Shown in pieces: positions 9,933-20,508 of a stretch of DNA of 64,000 nucleotides (position 1 is its first letter; each line of letters begins with the position of its first letter). Both the position numbers and the translations under genes were made by a program. Under the pieces are notes generated by a model, which was not told the origin of the DNA, made no database searches, and saw only the letters and a list, made by a program, of their open reading frames with translations. This DNA is from a plasmid, in the sequence record NZ_CP090008.1. One strand, 5' to 3'.

Positions 9933-10829
9933 ATGGATTATAAACTTATTTCTACTTACTTAGATTATTGCAAAACTCATAAGCGTTTGAGTTCACACAC
10001 GATTCGCGCTTATAAGAATGATCTTATGCAATTTTATAACTCAGACTATGATAATGTCGAATCCTATATAGAACAGTTGACACGATCTAACATAAAAACG
10101 AATACATTAAGAAGAAAAATTGCTTGTATGAAGGTGTTTTATAACTATCTAAAATACCAGAACATAATTGAAGAGAATCCCTTCAATCAATTGCACTTTC
10201 AATTTAGAACTGAAAAAGTATTGCCTAAAACGATTCCGTATGACATTCTGAAAAGCATTTTTATATATTTAGAACGGAAAGTAATTGTATCTAAAACTGA
10301 CTATCAAAAACAACACGCTGAAAGAAATCTACTAATTATTTCCCTTTTACTTTCAACAGGTATCAGAATTTCTGAACTTTGTCACATTCACCTCAAAGAT
10401 ATTAATCTTTCCAATAAGACACTCCATATTATAGGAAAAGGTAAGAAAGAGCGTATCCTATTTTTAGGAGATCAAACAACCTTCAATTTATTAGAAACAT
10501 ATATAAATAAAAACGGAAAGGAATCTAATGATTTCCTATTCCCAGGGAAACATTCGCCTAAACCATTGTCAGAGCAAAGTGTACGTTTAATTTTAAAGAG
10601 AATCGTTGAACAAAATAGCTTATCTAAAACTATTACACCACATATGTTTAGACATAGCTTTGCAACAATGCTTCTAGATAATGATGTAGATATTCGATAC
10701 ATTCAACAAATTCTTGGACACAGTTCTATATCAGTCACACAAATCTATACTCACGTATCTCATTCAAAACAAAAAGAAATACTTAGTTCTTTTAATCCTA
10801 TGTCAGTGATTCATTCTGAAATCGAGTAA
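9933..10829 (+). CDS. Tyrosine site-specific recombinase, XerC/XerD-like
   Basis: ATG at 9933 follows the RBS AAGGAG. C-terminal catalytic region HMFRHSFATMLLDNDVDIRYIQQILGHSSISVTQIYTHV (RHxxR…HxxxxxxY). An upstream ISELCHIHLKDI region is also present. Confidence 0.8.
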   Translation: MDYKLISTYLDYCKTHKRLSSHTIRAYKNDLMQFYNSDYDNVESYIEQLTRSNIKTNTLRRKIACMKVFYNYLKYQNIIEENPFNQLHFQFRTEKVLPKTIPYDILKSIFIYLERKVIVSKTDYQKQHAERNLLIISLLLSTGIRISELCHIHLKDINLSNKTLHIIGKGKKERILFLGDQTTFNLLETYINKNGKESNDFLFPGKHSPKPLSEQSVRLILKRIVEQNSLSKTITPHMFRHSFATMLLDNDVDIRYIQQILGHSSISVTQIYTHVSHSKQKEILSSFNPMSVIHSEIE

Positions 10830-11078
10830 GAGACATTCCAGGAGGTTACAGTTTACTTCATCTTAAATTAATGTTTGTAGTTCGACTTCAGTTAATAGAT
10901 TTTATACTCAACAAAAGCAAAAATCATACAAAACTCCACTTTGAATCAGCAGTTATACTAGATTCCGTATTAAGAACTCCATAATTGTTTTTCTAAAATA
11001 TAACTTTCAAATATCCTTAAATATTGATGAGGAAAAACTCAAGCTCTGAAGAAAATGGAGTAAATCTTCCTACAAGAA

Positions 11079-11130
11079 AACGCATAGTATCAAGTTTCAA
11101 TACCTAATACTATGCGTTTTTCTGATTTTA
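11079..11130. terminator. Bidirectional stem-loop between the convergent recombinase (+) and pezT (-)
   Basis: aaacgcatagtat...atactatgcgttt: a 13-bp inverted repeat flanked by T/A runs on both strands. Confidence 0.45.
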
Positions 11131-11175
11131 AAGACTTTTTTTATCCTAAATAGACTATATTTTAAAATTCGTGTT

Positions 11176-11946
11176 CTAACCACCATTTCGATTGGTTAAA
11201 TCTTTCAATCTTTCTTCCCCAGATTTAAGCATCTCTTTCTCAACTTGATTCCATTCTCCAAATAGTAAATCATGAAGAACGGTTGCTGCTGAAGTTGTAT
11301 TTTCTTTTGAATCATATACACAACTTCTATCTCGTTGATAAATTTGAATTCTTTCAAAGATAGATAGTTCTTCCAATTGTCGTGTATTATCAACTAGATG
11401 ATTTACAATGAAATCATGATGTTCTTTTGGAGTTGCGCGTGCTTGATTTGGATTGATAGCGTACAGTTCTTCGTATCGGATAAGGGTGCTTAGATAGGAC
11501 AATTCGGGCTTTGTTGCGATTATGGCTAATTGTACTTCATATCCCTTATTTTTCAAGAGTTGTGCCGTTTTCTTTGGAATATCAACTGTTCGTAGAGTTC
11601 CCTCTATCAAAAGATTGTATCCCAAACTACTCAATTTTGTTACTAAAGACTCTACCATTTTCCCTGCAAAATCTTTGGTGTATTCAACGCTATCTTTGCC
11701 ATATTCTTGCTGAAGTTCTAAATAGTGTGGATGCTGAGAGCGAAAACTATCGCCATCTATGATAACAATATTTCCTTGAAATTCTTTCTGTTTAATACGA
11801 TGAATTGTAGTCTTGCCAGCACCACTTTGCCCTCCAAGCAAAATCGCTATAGGTTGCTTACTGGACTTTTTTCCTCTTGTCAGAGAACGAAGATTCCGTG
11901 CTAAAGCATGTTTGAATTCGCTATCAGTATAATCTTGGATTTCCAT
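11176..11946 (-). CDS. pezT: Zeta-toxin family UDP-GlcNAc kinase PezT
   Basis: Walker A LGGQSGAGKTT, 256 aa. Overlaps the upstream antitoxin gene by 1 nt. Near-identical in organisation to pneumococcal PezT. Confidence 0.9.
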   Translation of the reverse strand: MEIQDYTDSEFKHALARNLRSLTRGKKSSKQPIAILLGGQSGAGKTTIHRIKQKEFQGNIVIIDGDSFRSQHPHYLELQQEYGKDSVEYTKDFAGKMVESLVTKLSSLGYNLLIEGTLRTVDIPKKTAQLLKNKGYEVQLAIIATKPELSYLSTLIRYEELYAINPNQARATPKEHHDFIVNHLVDNTRQLEELSIFERIQIYQRDRSCVYDSKENTTSAATVLHDLLFGEWNQVEKEMLKSGEERLKDLTNRNGG

Positions 11947-12422
11947 TAGGCTACCATCCGTTTTTCAGATATCTCTAACATGCGTTCAATTCCATCCAAA
12001 TAGCCGCTATATCTCTCTATTTCATCAAAAGTTTCTACTAAATAGATATTCGTATGAATCAAGTCAGATAGATCATCACTCATTAAAATCCAAGGATTAG
12101 ATTCTTCATCAATGCTAATTCCCTGTCTATCTTGATAACGATAGAGTCGAGATAGTAGATTAGCACCCCTTTCTTTCACAATTTCAATTTTTAAAGTCAA
12201 TTCATAATCTTCAACAGGATTGAGCATTTTGTCTTCTCCTACAATATCGACATAAGATACATTAAATTTCTGACAAATGATGTCTATTAATTCGGTTGAG
12301 ACTGAACTCGTTCCATTTTCATAACGACTCAGACTATTTCGTGAAATACCTACAATCCGTGCAAATTCGGGTTGTGTTAAGTCATGTGTTTTACGTAAGG
12401 ATTTTATGTTCTTTCCAATCAT
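11946..12422 (-). CDS. pezA: PezA antitoxin (XRE HTH fused to an epsilon-antitoxin domain)
   Basis: 158 aa. N-terminal HTH MIGKNIKSLRKTHDLTQPEFARIVGISRNSLSRYENG. Matches my recollection of S. pneumoniae PezA almost residue for residue. Confidence 0.9.
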   Translation of the reverse strand: MIGKNIKSLRKTHDLTQPEFARIVGISRNSLSRYENGTSSVSTELIDIICQKFNVSYVDIVGEDKMLNPVEDYELTLKIEIVKERGANLLSRLYRYQDRQGISIDEESNPWILMSDDLSDLIHTNIYLVETFDEIERYSGYLDGIERMLEISEKRMVA

Positions 12423-12446
12423 GGCAAACTCCTTTATTTTTATAAT

Positions 12447-12500
12447 TCAATTATAGCATAAAAAAGCATTACGCACCAATTTTGGTGCGTAATTGGCTTT
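12447..12500. terminator. Bidirectional rho-independent terminator overlapping the stop of the 97-aa gene
   Basis: 10-bp stem ttacgcacca/tggtgcgtaa with an aatt loop, followed by T6-7 on both strands. Confidence 0.55.
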
Positions 12501-12762
12501 TTTTCTTAAATCTCTCTAGATTCTTCTCCAATTGTTCCTTATGAAGTTGATTCTTAGCTTCCTTTAATGTGTCGTCCAGAGTTTCTTCTCTGTAAGTTGA
12601 TTCTGTTTTTATTTGTTCTGATTCTTGTTCTGGAGTGAAAATGATATCTAACAGTCTGTCAATTTTTTCAAGATTTTGGACGGGCATATCAGATAGTCTA
12701 TGAATTAGCTTCTTGAATATATCACTATTGTCTTGATTCTTCTTAAAAAATGTTGTAAACAT
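12469..12762 (-). CDS. Hypothetical protein, 97 aa
   Basis: ORF in the minus-strand operon downstream of the primase. Confidence 0.4.
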   Translation of the reverse strand: MFTTFFKKNQDNSDIFKKLIHRLSDMPVQNLEKIDRLLDIIFTPEQESEQIKTESTYREETLDDTLKEAKNQLHKEQLEKNLERFKKKSQLRTKIGA

Positions 12763-12799
12763 CTATAACCTCTCAAAAAAAGCAGTCTCTTTGGACTGC

Positions 12800-13183
12800 T
12801 CAGTGTAATTCTGAAATCGCATCATAAATTGACTGTAATTTCTTATTATCTTTATTCTTTGTGTCAATCAAAGTATGTAGCTCTTCAATTTTCTTTTGAC
12901 TACTTTGAATATCGCTATTATTATCTGCAATAAGTCTTTTAAGATGTTGCTGATAACTGGTAGTGATATCTGTCTCTTTTCCTGTTCTAACCTCTGTAAC
13001 TTTGGGTTTAGAACTAAAATTTGATTCCGTCACAGGTGCTTGTTTGCGCTTTTGAAAAGCTGCTTCATAATTTACATCATTACCCCCTTGATGATTTCCA
13101 AATAAGGCCGCAATTTTATCTGGATCTTCTTGATTTTCTGATTTACTTTCTAATGGTTGATTAAAATTCCAATCTTTTGTCAT
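12800..13183 (-). CDS. Hypothetical protein, 127 aa
   Basis: ORF overlapping the upstream gene by 4 nt (ATGA), so probably translationally coupled. Confidence 0.45.
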   Translation of the reverse strand: MTKDWNFNQPLESKSENQEDPDKIAALFGNHQGGNDVNYEAAFQKRKQAPVTESNFSSKPKVTEVRTGKETDITTSYQQHLKRLIADNNSDIQSSQKKIEELHTLIDTKNKDNKKLQSIYDAISELH

Positions 13184-13413
13184 TCACTCATTTCATCCTT
13201 TCTAAATTCAGAATCATCGAATTGTCTTTCTTTACCAAAGGCATGGTCAAGAGCTTCTTCAAAACTCATGTGACTGATGCTTTGACGCCTTTTGAACGTC
13301 GCAAACATCGCTGTCTCCAGTTGTTCTTTGTAAGCAGCTAGTTTTTCTGTCTCTCTTGCTACCTTGCTTTCTTGCCTAGTGACCTTTTCTTCTAAGCGTT
13401 TGATTATGGTCAT
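13180..13413 (-). CDS. Hypothetical coiled-coil protein, 77 aa
   Basis: ORF in the operon with the primase. Confidence 0.4.
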   Translation of the reverse strand: MTIIKRLEEKVTRQESKVARETEKLAAYKEQLETAMFATFKRRQSISHMSFEEALDHAFGKERQFDDSEFRKDEMSE

Positions 13414-13463
13414 ATATGATCCTCCTTCATTCTGATATTAGCTAAAACATCTTGATTTTGTTA

Positions 13464-14549
13464 TCACAATTCTAAACATTGAGAGGTTTGTCTTACTGGT
13501 GGATTTCCAAAAGTCTCTTTCACAGTCTCAAGCATAAATTGTAAATCTGATTTCTTTTCACTAAGAATATCGTTCCAGTCTATTTTTTCTTTCCTAGACT
13601 CATTATTAGGTAAATCCAGTAAAACAGGCAATCCTGATTGAGATAACTTATCAGAAAAAGCTTTTCCTGCATCATCACAATCTACCGCCAATATCAGTAA
13701 AACAGGATGATTATCAAAATAGGTAGTGGTATCACGAATTGTATTGAACAAAGGCAATAACTTTGAAGGTGTTACTGTATCTAAGAATTCCAACTTCTGA
13801 TTTTCTTCAGCTATCAGTCGTAAAGTTTGATAAGCCACAACAGACCTTTTTAATCCCTCCATAGATACCAAACGAACATCTGATAAACTTTGTTTGTGCA
13901 GCTCGTAATAACTCATTAAGTCGATGAACGATTCACAAAAGACCAGTCTATTTGGTTTACCAATGTCAAAGGAGATTCCAACATGTCCATGGCTTCCTTT
14001 TAGAATTGTTTTTAACCTCTCTCTAGGAAGAGAGTGATTCTTATAAATACCTTGTAAGCTTGCTGCCTGCAGCTTGTGACGATGATCAAAGCTTTTAAAA
14101 ACAATAACAGGTTCAACAGTTTCATTTGTTTTCCAACTGGCTTGTGCCATCAAACCTTCTTGTATCATCTTTTCTATGATTTCTTCTGAGATTCCTCTAC
14201 ATTTTGTTAAGTAATATCTTGCCAGACTACAGTTAGAATCTTCTACTCTCTTTAAAGGATAATAAAATAGTCTCTCTCTTTTTTCTTGAACAGCTTCTTT
14301 TTGAAAAGGTTCTTCAGAAAGAAAAGCTAGAGCTTCTTTAAAAGAAATTCCCTTAACAAGTCGAACAAAATCAATGACATCACCTTGAATATCTCTTGAA
14401 AACCATTTAAAAGTATTGGTAGTTGAAAAAATCCGAAATGAATCATGTTCAGGATGTTCATAGACACTGCTAGAAACTTGTTTAAAGGAGATACCTAAAC
14501 GACTTGCTACATCAAGAATTGAAATTTGCTTACATTCTTCTATTTCCAT
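13464..14549 (-). CDS. DUF3991/Toprim-domain DNA primase typical of ICEs
   Basis: 361 aa. C-terminal Toprim-like LLILAVDCDDAGKAF (DxD) and an upstream conserved glutamate. Typical of Tn5253-family backbones. Confidence 0.6.
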   Translation of the reverse strand: MEIEECKQISILDVASRLGISFKQVSSSVYEHPEHDSFRIFSTTNTFKWFSRDIQGDVIDFVRLVKGISFKEALAFLSEEPFQKEAVQEKRERLFYYPLKRVEDSNCSLARYYLTKCRGISEEIIEKMIQEGLMAQASWKTNETVEPVIVFKSFDHRHKLQAASLQGIYKNHSLPRERLKTILKGSHGHVGISFDIGKPNRLVFCESFIDLMSYYELHKQSLSDVRLVSMEGLKRSVVAYQTLRLIAEENQKLEFLDTVTPSKLLPLFNTIRDTTTYFDNHPVLLILAVDCDDAGKAFSDKLSQSGLPVLLDLPNNESRKEKIDWNDILSEKKSDLQFMLETVKETFGNPPVRQTSQCLEL

Positions 14550-14558
14550 GCAATATCA

Positions 14559-15195
14559 TCATTTTGTCGTAGTATTTGGCAGTGATGGTATTGAGGATGA
14601 TTCTTCTAAAGTTTTAGGAGTGGCCTTATCTAAATCATCCAACCCAGATTTCCAAACCTGTACTTGATTGACCAATAACTTACCTGGTAGTTTCGAATAA
14701 GACAACTTAACCGTTCTGGTTTCTGTCTGATTGGTCTTTGATTGGTTGGCATTCTTTAAATCAGATACATAGGTTACATTATAAGAGACCATGGCAATGG
14801 CTTGATTCGTAGTCTGATTGACAAAGATATCAGCTTTTTCAAAATGATAATCCAAAATCCTTATACACTTGGTTCATGGCATCATTTTGACTTGTCAATT
14901 CTTGAGAATAAGCCGATTCAGTCATATAAGGTTGAATACGTGTATTATTTTCTCCGAGCTTTTCTTTCGTATAGTACTGAGTCAAAAATTCTTTTACAGT
15001 ATCCGATGACAAAATACTTGCTTTATCTTCTGCTTGTTTGTCCTCTACAAGTTTAGCTGCAGCCAATTCGATTTCTTTGCGACTTTGTTTAGCAGTAGAA
15101 TGTTGACCAGCAGTATATCCCATCATGAGAATAAAACTAGTTGCAGCCACTGCTCCAACACTAATTAAGGCTTTAGTTTTGAGTTTATTTAACAT
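14559..15195 (-). pseudogene. Membrane-anchored NTF2-like/TcpC-like conjugation lipoprotein split by a frameshift
   Basis: ORFs 14839-15195 (signal/TM plus domain) and 14559-14855 overlap by 17 nt in different frames at a T-run (GATTTTGGATTATCATTTTGA). Together they would make about a 215-aa single-domain protein. Confidence 0.4.
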
Positions 15196-15263
15196 CTTAG
15201 ACCTTCTTTCTAAAAAAACTAGGTCAAGAATAGCAGATAAATCTTGAAAAAAGTATCACAGAG

Positions 15264-15292
15264 CCGTAAAAATGCCACCCGAAGGTGGCCAA
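15264..15292 (-). terminator. Rho-independent terminator downstream of the LanT gene
   Basis: gccacc-cgaa-ggtggc hairpin followed by AUUUUUA on the minus strand. Confidence 0.6.
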
Positions 15293-15306
15293 TATAACTT
15301 ACAAAA

Positions 15307-17430
15307 TTAGTAATCCGTCTGATAAAGTTTTTTATACAAACCATTTTTCATATTCAATAGTTCTGTATGACTTCCTTGTTCTACAATTTCTCCTTTATCC
15401 ATTACAAAAATCTGGTTAGAATCGATAATGGTAGAAAGTCGATGTGCAATAACAATAATTGTAATATTTTGTTCTTTAAATTTCTGCATAATCTCTTTTT
15501 CATTAACATTATCTAGATAACTTGTGGCTTCATCTAAAAGTATTATTTTAGGTTTCTTAACTAGCGCTCTTGCTAAAATTATTCTCTGACGTTGCCCTCC
15601 TGACAGATTCATTCCCATTTCTGAAACTAAAGTATTATACCCCATGGGCATTTCCATAATTTCATCATGGATATTAACTAACTTACAAATTTTTGTCATT
15701 TCTTCCTCTGAGACTGAGATATCTCCAGCAATATTCTCATGTATGGTTTTATTAAATAAAGTCATGTCTTGTGGGACAATGCCAATTTGTTGACGAAGAT
15801 ACTGTTTATCCAACAAATTATAATCTAAGTCATCAAATAAAATACTACCTGAGGATGCTGGAAATAAACCTATCAATAATTTGGAAAGGGTACTTTTACC
15901 TGATCCAGAAGAGCCAACAATTGCTACCTTTTCCCCTTTCTTTATTTCAATAGACACATTAGAGAGTACTTTTTTACTATCTCTAGTATATGAAAATGAA
16001 ACATTTTTAAGTGCGATTTCCCCATTTAAGTCGTGTTTCACTACACCATTTATTTCAGTTTCTTCATCTAAAATCTCTAAAATCCGAGATAAAAATGTTT
16101 TGCTATTGTAGAATGCTACAATCGTATCAAAAATACTATTAATCTTACCAAATAATAGAGATGACAAAGAATATACTGCAAAAATTCCACCTAACTTATT
16201 ACCTAAATGATTATCTGGCAACAACATAATAAATAATAGGATAAATGGAGATATAAAAGTGATAATTGAAAATAACGAATTAACAACACTTGAGAACAAT
16301 TCACTGGCTCTATATCTATAAAGATACTTATCTAAATAACCTTTCCATTGTTTAAACGTTCGAACTTCAAATCCTTCCATTTTTATTCCCATCATAGAAT
16401 AAATCATTTCGATTTGTTTATTTTGGAGATCATTCTGAGCTATCACAAAAGATTTACTTTTTTGTTCCAAATTCTTTCTAGTCAATAGAAGCAACAACAA
16501 ATTTATTACCACTAACATAAGAGCGATAATCGCCACGAAAAAATCAATATATAGAAAGTAAAACAAAATACAAATTACAAAACCAATATCTAATATTCCT
16601 AGTACAACCTGATTTGTAAATAATTGCCGAATTCTACCCAAACCATTTATAGAATAAATTAAATCACCACTACTTCTAGTAGAGAAAAATTTATATGGTA
16701 ATTGAAATAAACGACCAATTACACTATTATTCAGTCTTTTATCTATATCGTTTGTCAGATTAATAGAAAGATATCTCTGACCGAGCATTATAATAAAGTA
16801 TAGTAATGTAAAAATAATAAAATTGAGCGCTAAAATTGCTGGATTAAACTGATTACCACCTGTTGCTTGATTTAATAGCTGTTGCGTCCATATAGGTAGA
16901 ATAAAGCTAACCGCATAACTTACAAAAGTTAGAAATAACAGAGGTACAAAATATTGCCAAGATTGCCAAAGTTGCGCATAAATCTCTCCGTAATTCTCTT
17001 TTGATTTTTGTTTTATTACTCTATCACTGCTAGAAATACTAATTAAAAATTCTGAGAAACCGGCTGAGAACTCATTTAAATCATATCTTAATTTTCCGAG
17101 TTCAGGATCAATTACCCAAACAAATTTAGAAGTTACTTTTTCTACAACAACAAAATGCTTACTCTCCCACAATGCAATGGCTGGAACTTTTATCTGTTTA
17201 TATACATCTGGTCTATCTTTTGGAAAACGGAATGATTTCACTTTAAATCCCATATTTTCTAACAGTTCAATTAAATTTTGAAAACTAGTTCCATCCCTCC
17301 CTGTTTCTTTTAGATTTCTCAGATCTTTAACGGAAATTTCGTGATTATAAAAACTCGACACCATCGCAACACAGCATAATCCACACTCTGTTTTTTGGTG
17401 TTGTTCGATAAACGGGATGTTTCTTTTCAT
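15307..17430 (-). CDS. pldT: Lantibiotic/bacteriocin ABC exporter with an N-terminal C39 double-glycine peptidase domain (LanT)
   Basis: N-terminal QHQKTECGLCCVAMVSSFY (C39 Cys), 6 TM helices, Walker A GSSGSGKSTL, signature LSGGQRQR, Walker B ILLDEATS. 707 aa. Confidence 0.85.
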   Translation of the reverse strand: MKRNIPFIEQHQKTECGLCCVAMVSSFYNHEISVKDLRNLKETGRDGTSFQNLIELLENMGFKVKSFRFPKDRPDVYKQIKVPAIALWESKHFVVVEKVTSKFVWVIDPELGKLRYDLNEFSAGFSEFLISISSSDRVIKQKSKENYGEIYAQLWQSWQYFVPLLFLTFVSYAVSFILPIWTQQLLNQATGGNQFNPAILALNFIIFTLLYFIIMLGQRYLSINLTNDIDKRLNNSVIGRLFQLPYKFFSTRSSGDLIYSINGLGRIRQLFTNQVVLGILDIGFVICILFYFLYIDFFVAIIALMLVVINLLLLLLTRKNLEQKSKSFVIAQNDLQNKQIEMIYSMMGIKMEGFEVRTFKQWKGYLDKYLYRYRASELFSSVVNSLFSIITFISPFILLFIMLLPDNHLGNKLGGIFAVYSLSSLLFGKINSIFDTIVAFYNSKTFLSRILEILDEETEINGVVKHDLNGEIALKNVSFSYTRDSKKVLSNVSIEIKKGEKVAIVGSSGSGKSTLSKLLIGLFPASSGSILFDDLDYNLLDKQYLRQQIGIVPQDMTLFNKTIHENIAGDISVSEEEMTKICKLVNIHDEIMEMPMGYNTLVSEMGMNLSGGQRQRIILARALVKKPKIILLDEATSYLDNVNEKEIMQKFKEQNITIIVIAHRLSTIIDSNQIFVMDKGEIVEQGSHTELLNMKNGLYKKLYQTDY

Positions 17431-17442
17431 ATCTAACCCCCA

Positions 17443-20397
17443 TTAATTTAAAAGTAGTATATCATTTAATCTAGTCCTACTTTTTCTATCATTAGCCATC
17501 AATATTCCCATTTCTCCTGTCAAAATCCCCCAATCATCACATTCATAAGTTTCTTTATCCAAAAGATATGAACTACTTTCAGTAGCTATTCTATTTTCTA
17601 TATCAACAGAATAGCCTAAAATAGAATCTAAAATGACTAGGTTCCCGATACTTCCATGACAGATTGAATTATCTAAAGTAGAATCTTGATTTAAAATTTT
17701 ATTGGAATAATCTTGAACTTCGGTCTTTAAAAATTTGTCAGGAAATTCATTAGTTTCTAAATAGTTCTTGGCATTAACTATTCCCACAATACCATTACAC
17801 CATGAATAATACTTGACATTATTTCTTAAAGGAAAACAATTTTTTCCACATAGTAACGAACGTTCTTTGTCAAGATATTCTTTTATACAAGAAATAATGG
17901 AAGTTTTTGCATCAGATTTGCATGTGTTAGATAAAGAATATCTATAAAGTTGCGTAATAATGCCATAATTACCATGAGCATATCCAGGATCATTTTCAAT
18001 CCAAAATCCATCTTTTTTATATTTTTCTAGTATTTTTTGAACTACACCTTCAGACAATTTCTGAGTCAACTCAGTTACCCGAGAACTATCGAGCATTGTT
18101 TTCTGGATTTTTATCAGTACTCCTAAAATTCCTGCTAAACCACCTATTATATCTAAATTGTCAATATTTCGTAGATGTCTAAATGTTGATGACAATGTTT
18201 CATATATAATCTCTTCGATATCTTCAACAAATGGAGTACCTTCTTCTCTCAACACACACAATGTATATAAGTATCCATATACACCAGTAAAAGCACCTAA
18301 CTGGTGTACAGGGAAATTCCCTTGTAATTCTTTTATATAGTTATTGGTATAATTGATAACCCCAGGTAAAAGCGTCCGTAATCTAGTATCATCTATGCTT
18401 GTTATTCCTAAAATCATACCAGAAGTTCCACTATATAGACTATAATCCATTGGATATATCTCATAATTTTTATTCATAGCCACCATCGATAACCAACTAA
18501 TCTCAGTATTAAATTCAAATTTAGCTGATGAAATTCGATTGATTATATTTGAAGTAATAGTCTCAGTATTCGTGTGTTCTTCAGATATCCTAGATTTCTT
18601 TGGAAATAACTCGCTCCCCATAAAAGCCATATTTATAATTCGTTTTTGTCTGAGTAAATTATCATCTGATAAACTAGTTATTCTATTTAAAACTTTATTA
18701 ACAATACTATGTCCGTCTAAAGAACAAATATATCGACCTAGTCCATTACGAATTTCATTGCTACTTGTATTCGCATAAAATATTGGAATATCACCTTTTC
18801 TAAACTGACAAACCTCATCTTTCATCATAACATTATCAAAGAAATTAGCAACATCACCATATTCAAACAAACGAAGCAAATACATTTCAAAATCATATTT
18901 ATTTTTTAACAATTCTGGGTGGTGACTTGTTTCAAGAAATTGTGCATAAACATTGGTATTTCGATAAATATATCTCGTCTCACAATTCTCAAAATATTTA
19001 ACGATCATCCTAGAAACTATATCTCTATTTTGTAAAACAACTTTGTAAATAGTTTCAAATCCTCTTTGAACCTCGTTGAGATAATTAGAACACGATACGT
19101 TATTCCCTTTATATCTTACTGTGCTAGGGAAATCCCCGACCATTTTAAATACTTTTTCAATTCTAATTTCATCAGTCCCAACATTAGCCAGTTGATGGGA
19201 TAAATAAGGTGATTCTCGTCTTTCGCCTGAATTTAATGCTCCAATTTCCATTCCTTTGTCATTATTCGCTGAATAAAGACTCATTGGTAATATTCCCACA
19301 CTATAAACTGAGTTAGTTACAAAATTATAAATATTTTGTGAATTGGAAGTGATATTTACAGGTTCACTAAAATGCAATATCGTCTCATTATCAATAAGAT
19401 AAGGGTATTCTTGACAAGCTAAAATATTTTCACCATGATAATCTTTAGCACCAAAAATATGTAAAAATGCTAAAAGTTTTCCCATGTTTGTATAATAAGC
19501 TTCTACCTCCTGAAGTGAATTGCATTCTTTTTCTTCTATAAATTCTACAAAGCTATAAGAATCTTTACTCAATGTTTTAGGGACGAATAATGATTCTGAA
19601 AGTCCAAAACGATGAGCAAATTCTTTAGAAAATAAGCTCAAATTAACATCAATAGACATATTCCTTGGTTTGTAAACCAGCTTTTTCTTAGTATTTAATC
19701 TAAGAATACAGACGCTTTTACCATTAGAGTGAGTATCACCTGCATTAAAATCAATACTTGATAATTTTAAATCCTTATAATTAAAATAACTTTCTAAATC
19801 TAGTAGATTCTCTTCAAAATTAAGGATAATTTGTTCAATATAGTCCAAGATGTTAGAAATCTTTTTATCTAATAACTCAAACAAAACGGGATACTTTTTA
19901 TAAAACTCCAGGATGTAATCTCTATCCTTTAATAAAGTATTGATAAAATAATTATATCTCTTTTTACTGTCTTCACCTTTTAAACGAGACGCTCTCCTTA
20001 AATCATTAATCTCTAAAACAACCGTTCTGTAGCTCATATTCATACAAATTTCAAAAAATACTGATTCAATATCTAGAATAAATTCATTTGTATTAGTTAT
20101 ACATTGCGCTTTATTTAAAAAGCTAGTTAATCGCTCTAAGTATTTAAAGCAAATTGGTTTAAATAAATCTAGCCAATGAATACTTACTCTGAGTTTTTCC
20201 TGAGGGTTATATTCATCATATAAGATTGTTCCTAACTCTCGCTCAATATAATCTTTTCCCCACTGCTCGTACTGAAGAAATTTTTCTTCCCAATCTTGTA
20301 GACTATCTCCAGAGGTAGTCTTTAAAAATTCATCTAACTGCTCATCATCTTCGATATTATTAAATAAACTTAACCATTTTTCAGACACCATAGACAT
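17443..20397 (-). CDS. pldM: Class II lanthipeptide synthetase LanM (dehydratase plus LanC-like cyclase)
   Basis: About 984 aa from the ATG at 20397 (RBS AAGGAGG). C-terminal LanC-like motifs GYAHGNYGI, YSWCNGIVGIV and SICHGSIGNL. The ORF-track start at 20466 is a less likely extension. Confidence 0.85.
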   Translation of the reverse strand: MSMVSEKWLSLFNNIEDDEQLDEFLKTTSGDSLQDWEEKFLQYEQWGKDYIERELGTILYDEYNPQEKLRVSIHWLDLFKPICFKYLERLTSFLNKAQCITNTNEFILDIESVFFEICMNMSYRTVVLEINDLRRASRLKGEDSKKRYNYFINTLLKDRDYILEFYKKYPVLFELLDKKISNILDYIEQIILNFEENLLDLESYFNYKDLKLSSIDFNAGDTHSNGKSVCILRLNTKKKLVYKPRNMSIDVNLSLFSKEFAHRFGLSESLFVPKTLSKDSYSFVEFIEEKECNSLQEVEAYYTNMGKLLAFLHIFGAKDYHGENILACQEYPYLIDNETILHFSEPVNITSNSQNIYNFVTNSVYSVGILPMSLYSANNDKGMEIGALNSGERRESPYLSHQLANVGTDEIRIEKVFKMVGDFPSTVRYKGNNVSCSNYLNEVQRGFETIYKVVLQNRDIVSRMIVKYFENCETRYIYRNTNVYAQFLETSHHPELLKNKYDFEMYLLRLFEYGDVANFFDNVMMKDEVCQFRKGDIPIFYANTSSNEIRNGLGRYICSLDGHSIVNKVLNRITSLSDDNLLRQKRIINMAFMGSELFPKKSRISEEHTNTETITSNIINRISSAKFEFNTEISWLSMVAMNKNYEIYPMDYSLYSGTSGMILGITSIDDTRLRTLLPGVINYTNNYIKELQGNFPVHQLGAFTGVYGYLYTLCVLREEGTPFVEDIEEIIYETLSSTFRHLRNIDNLDIIGGLAGILGVLIKIQKTMLDSSRVTELTQKLSEGVVQKILEKYKKDGFWIENDPGYAHGNYGIITQLYRYSLSNTCKSDAKTSIISCIKEYLDKERSLLCGKNCFPLRNNVKYYSWCNGIVGIVNAKNYLETNEFPDKFLKTEVQDYSNKILNQDSTLDNSICHGSIGNLVILDSILGYSVDIENRIATESSSYLLDKETYECDDWGILTGEMGILMANDRKSRTRLNDILLLN

Positions 20398-20508
20398 AAT
20401 GATTTCCTCCTTAATTACTAATAGATTATCAAATTTACCGTTTATTAGAATGAGTAATATGTGCAATTTTTGTAAATAAATTAAAAAAGCTGCATCTTCT
20501 GCAACTTT

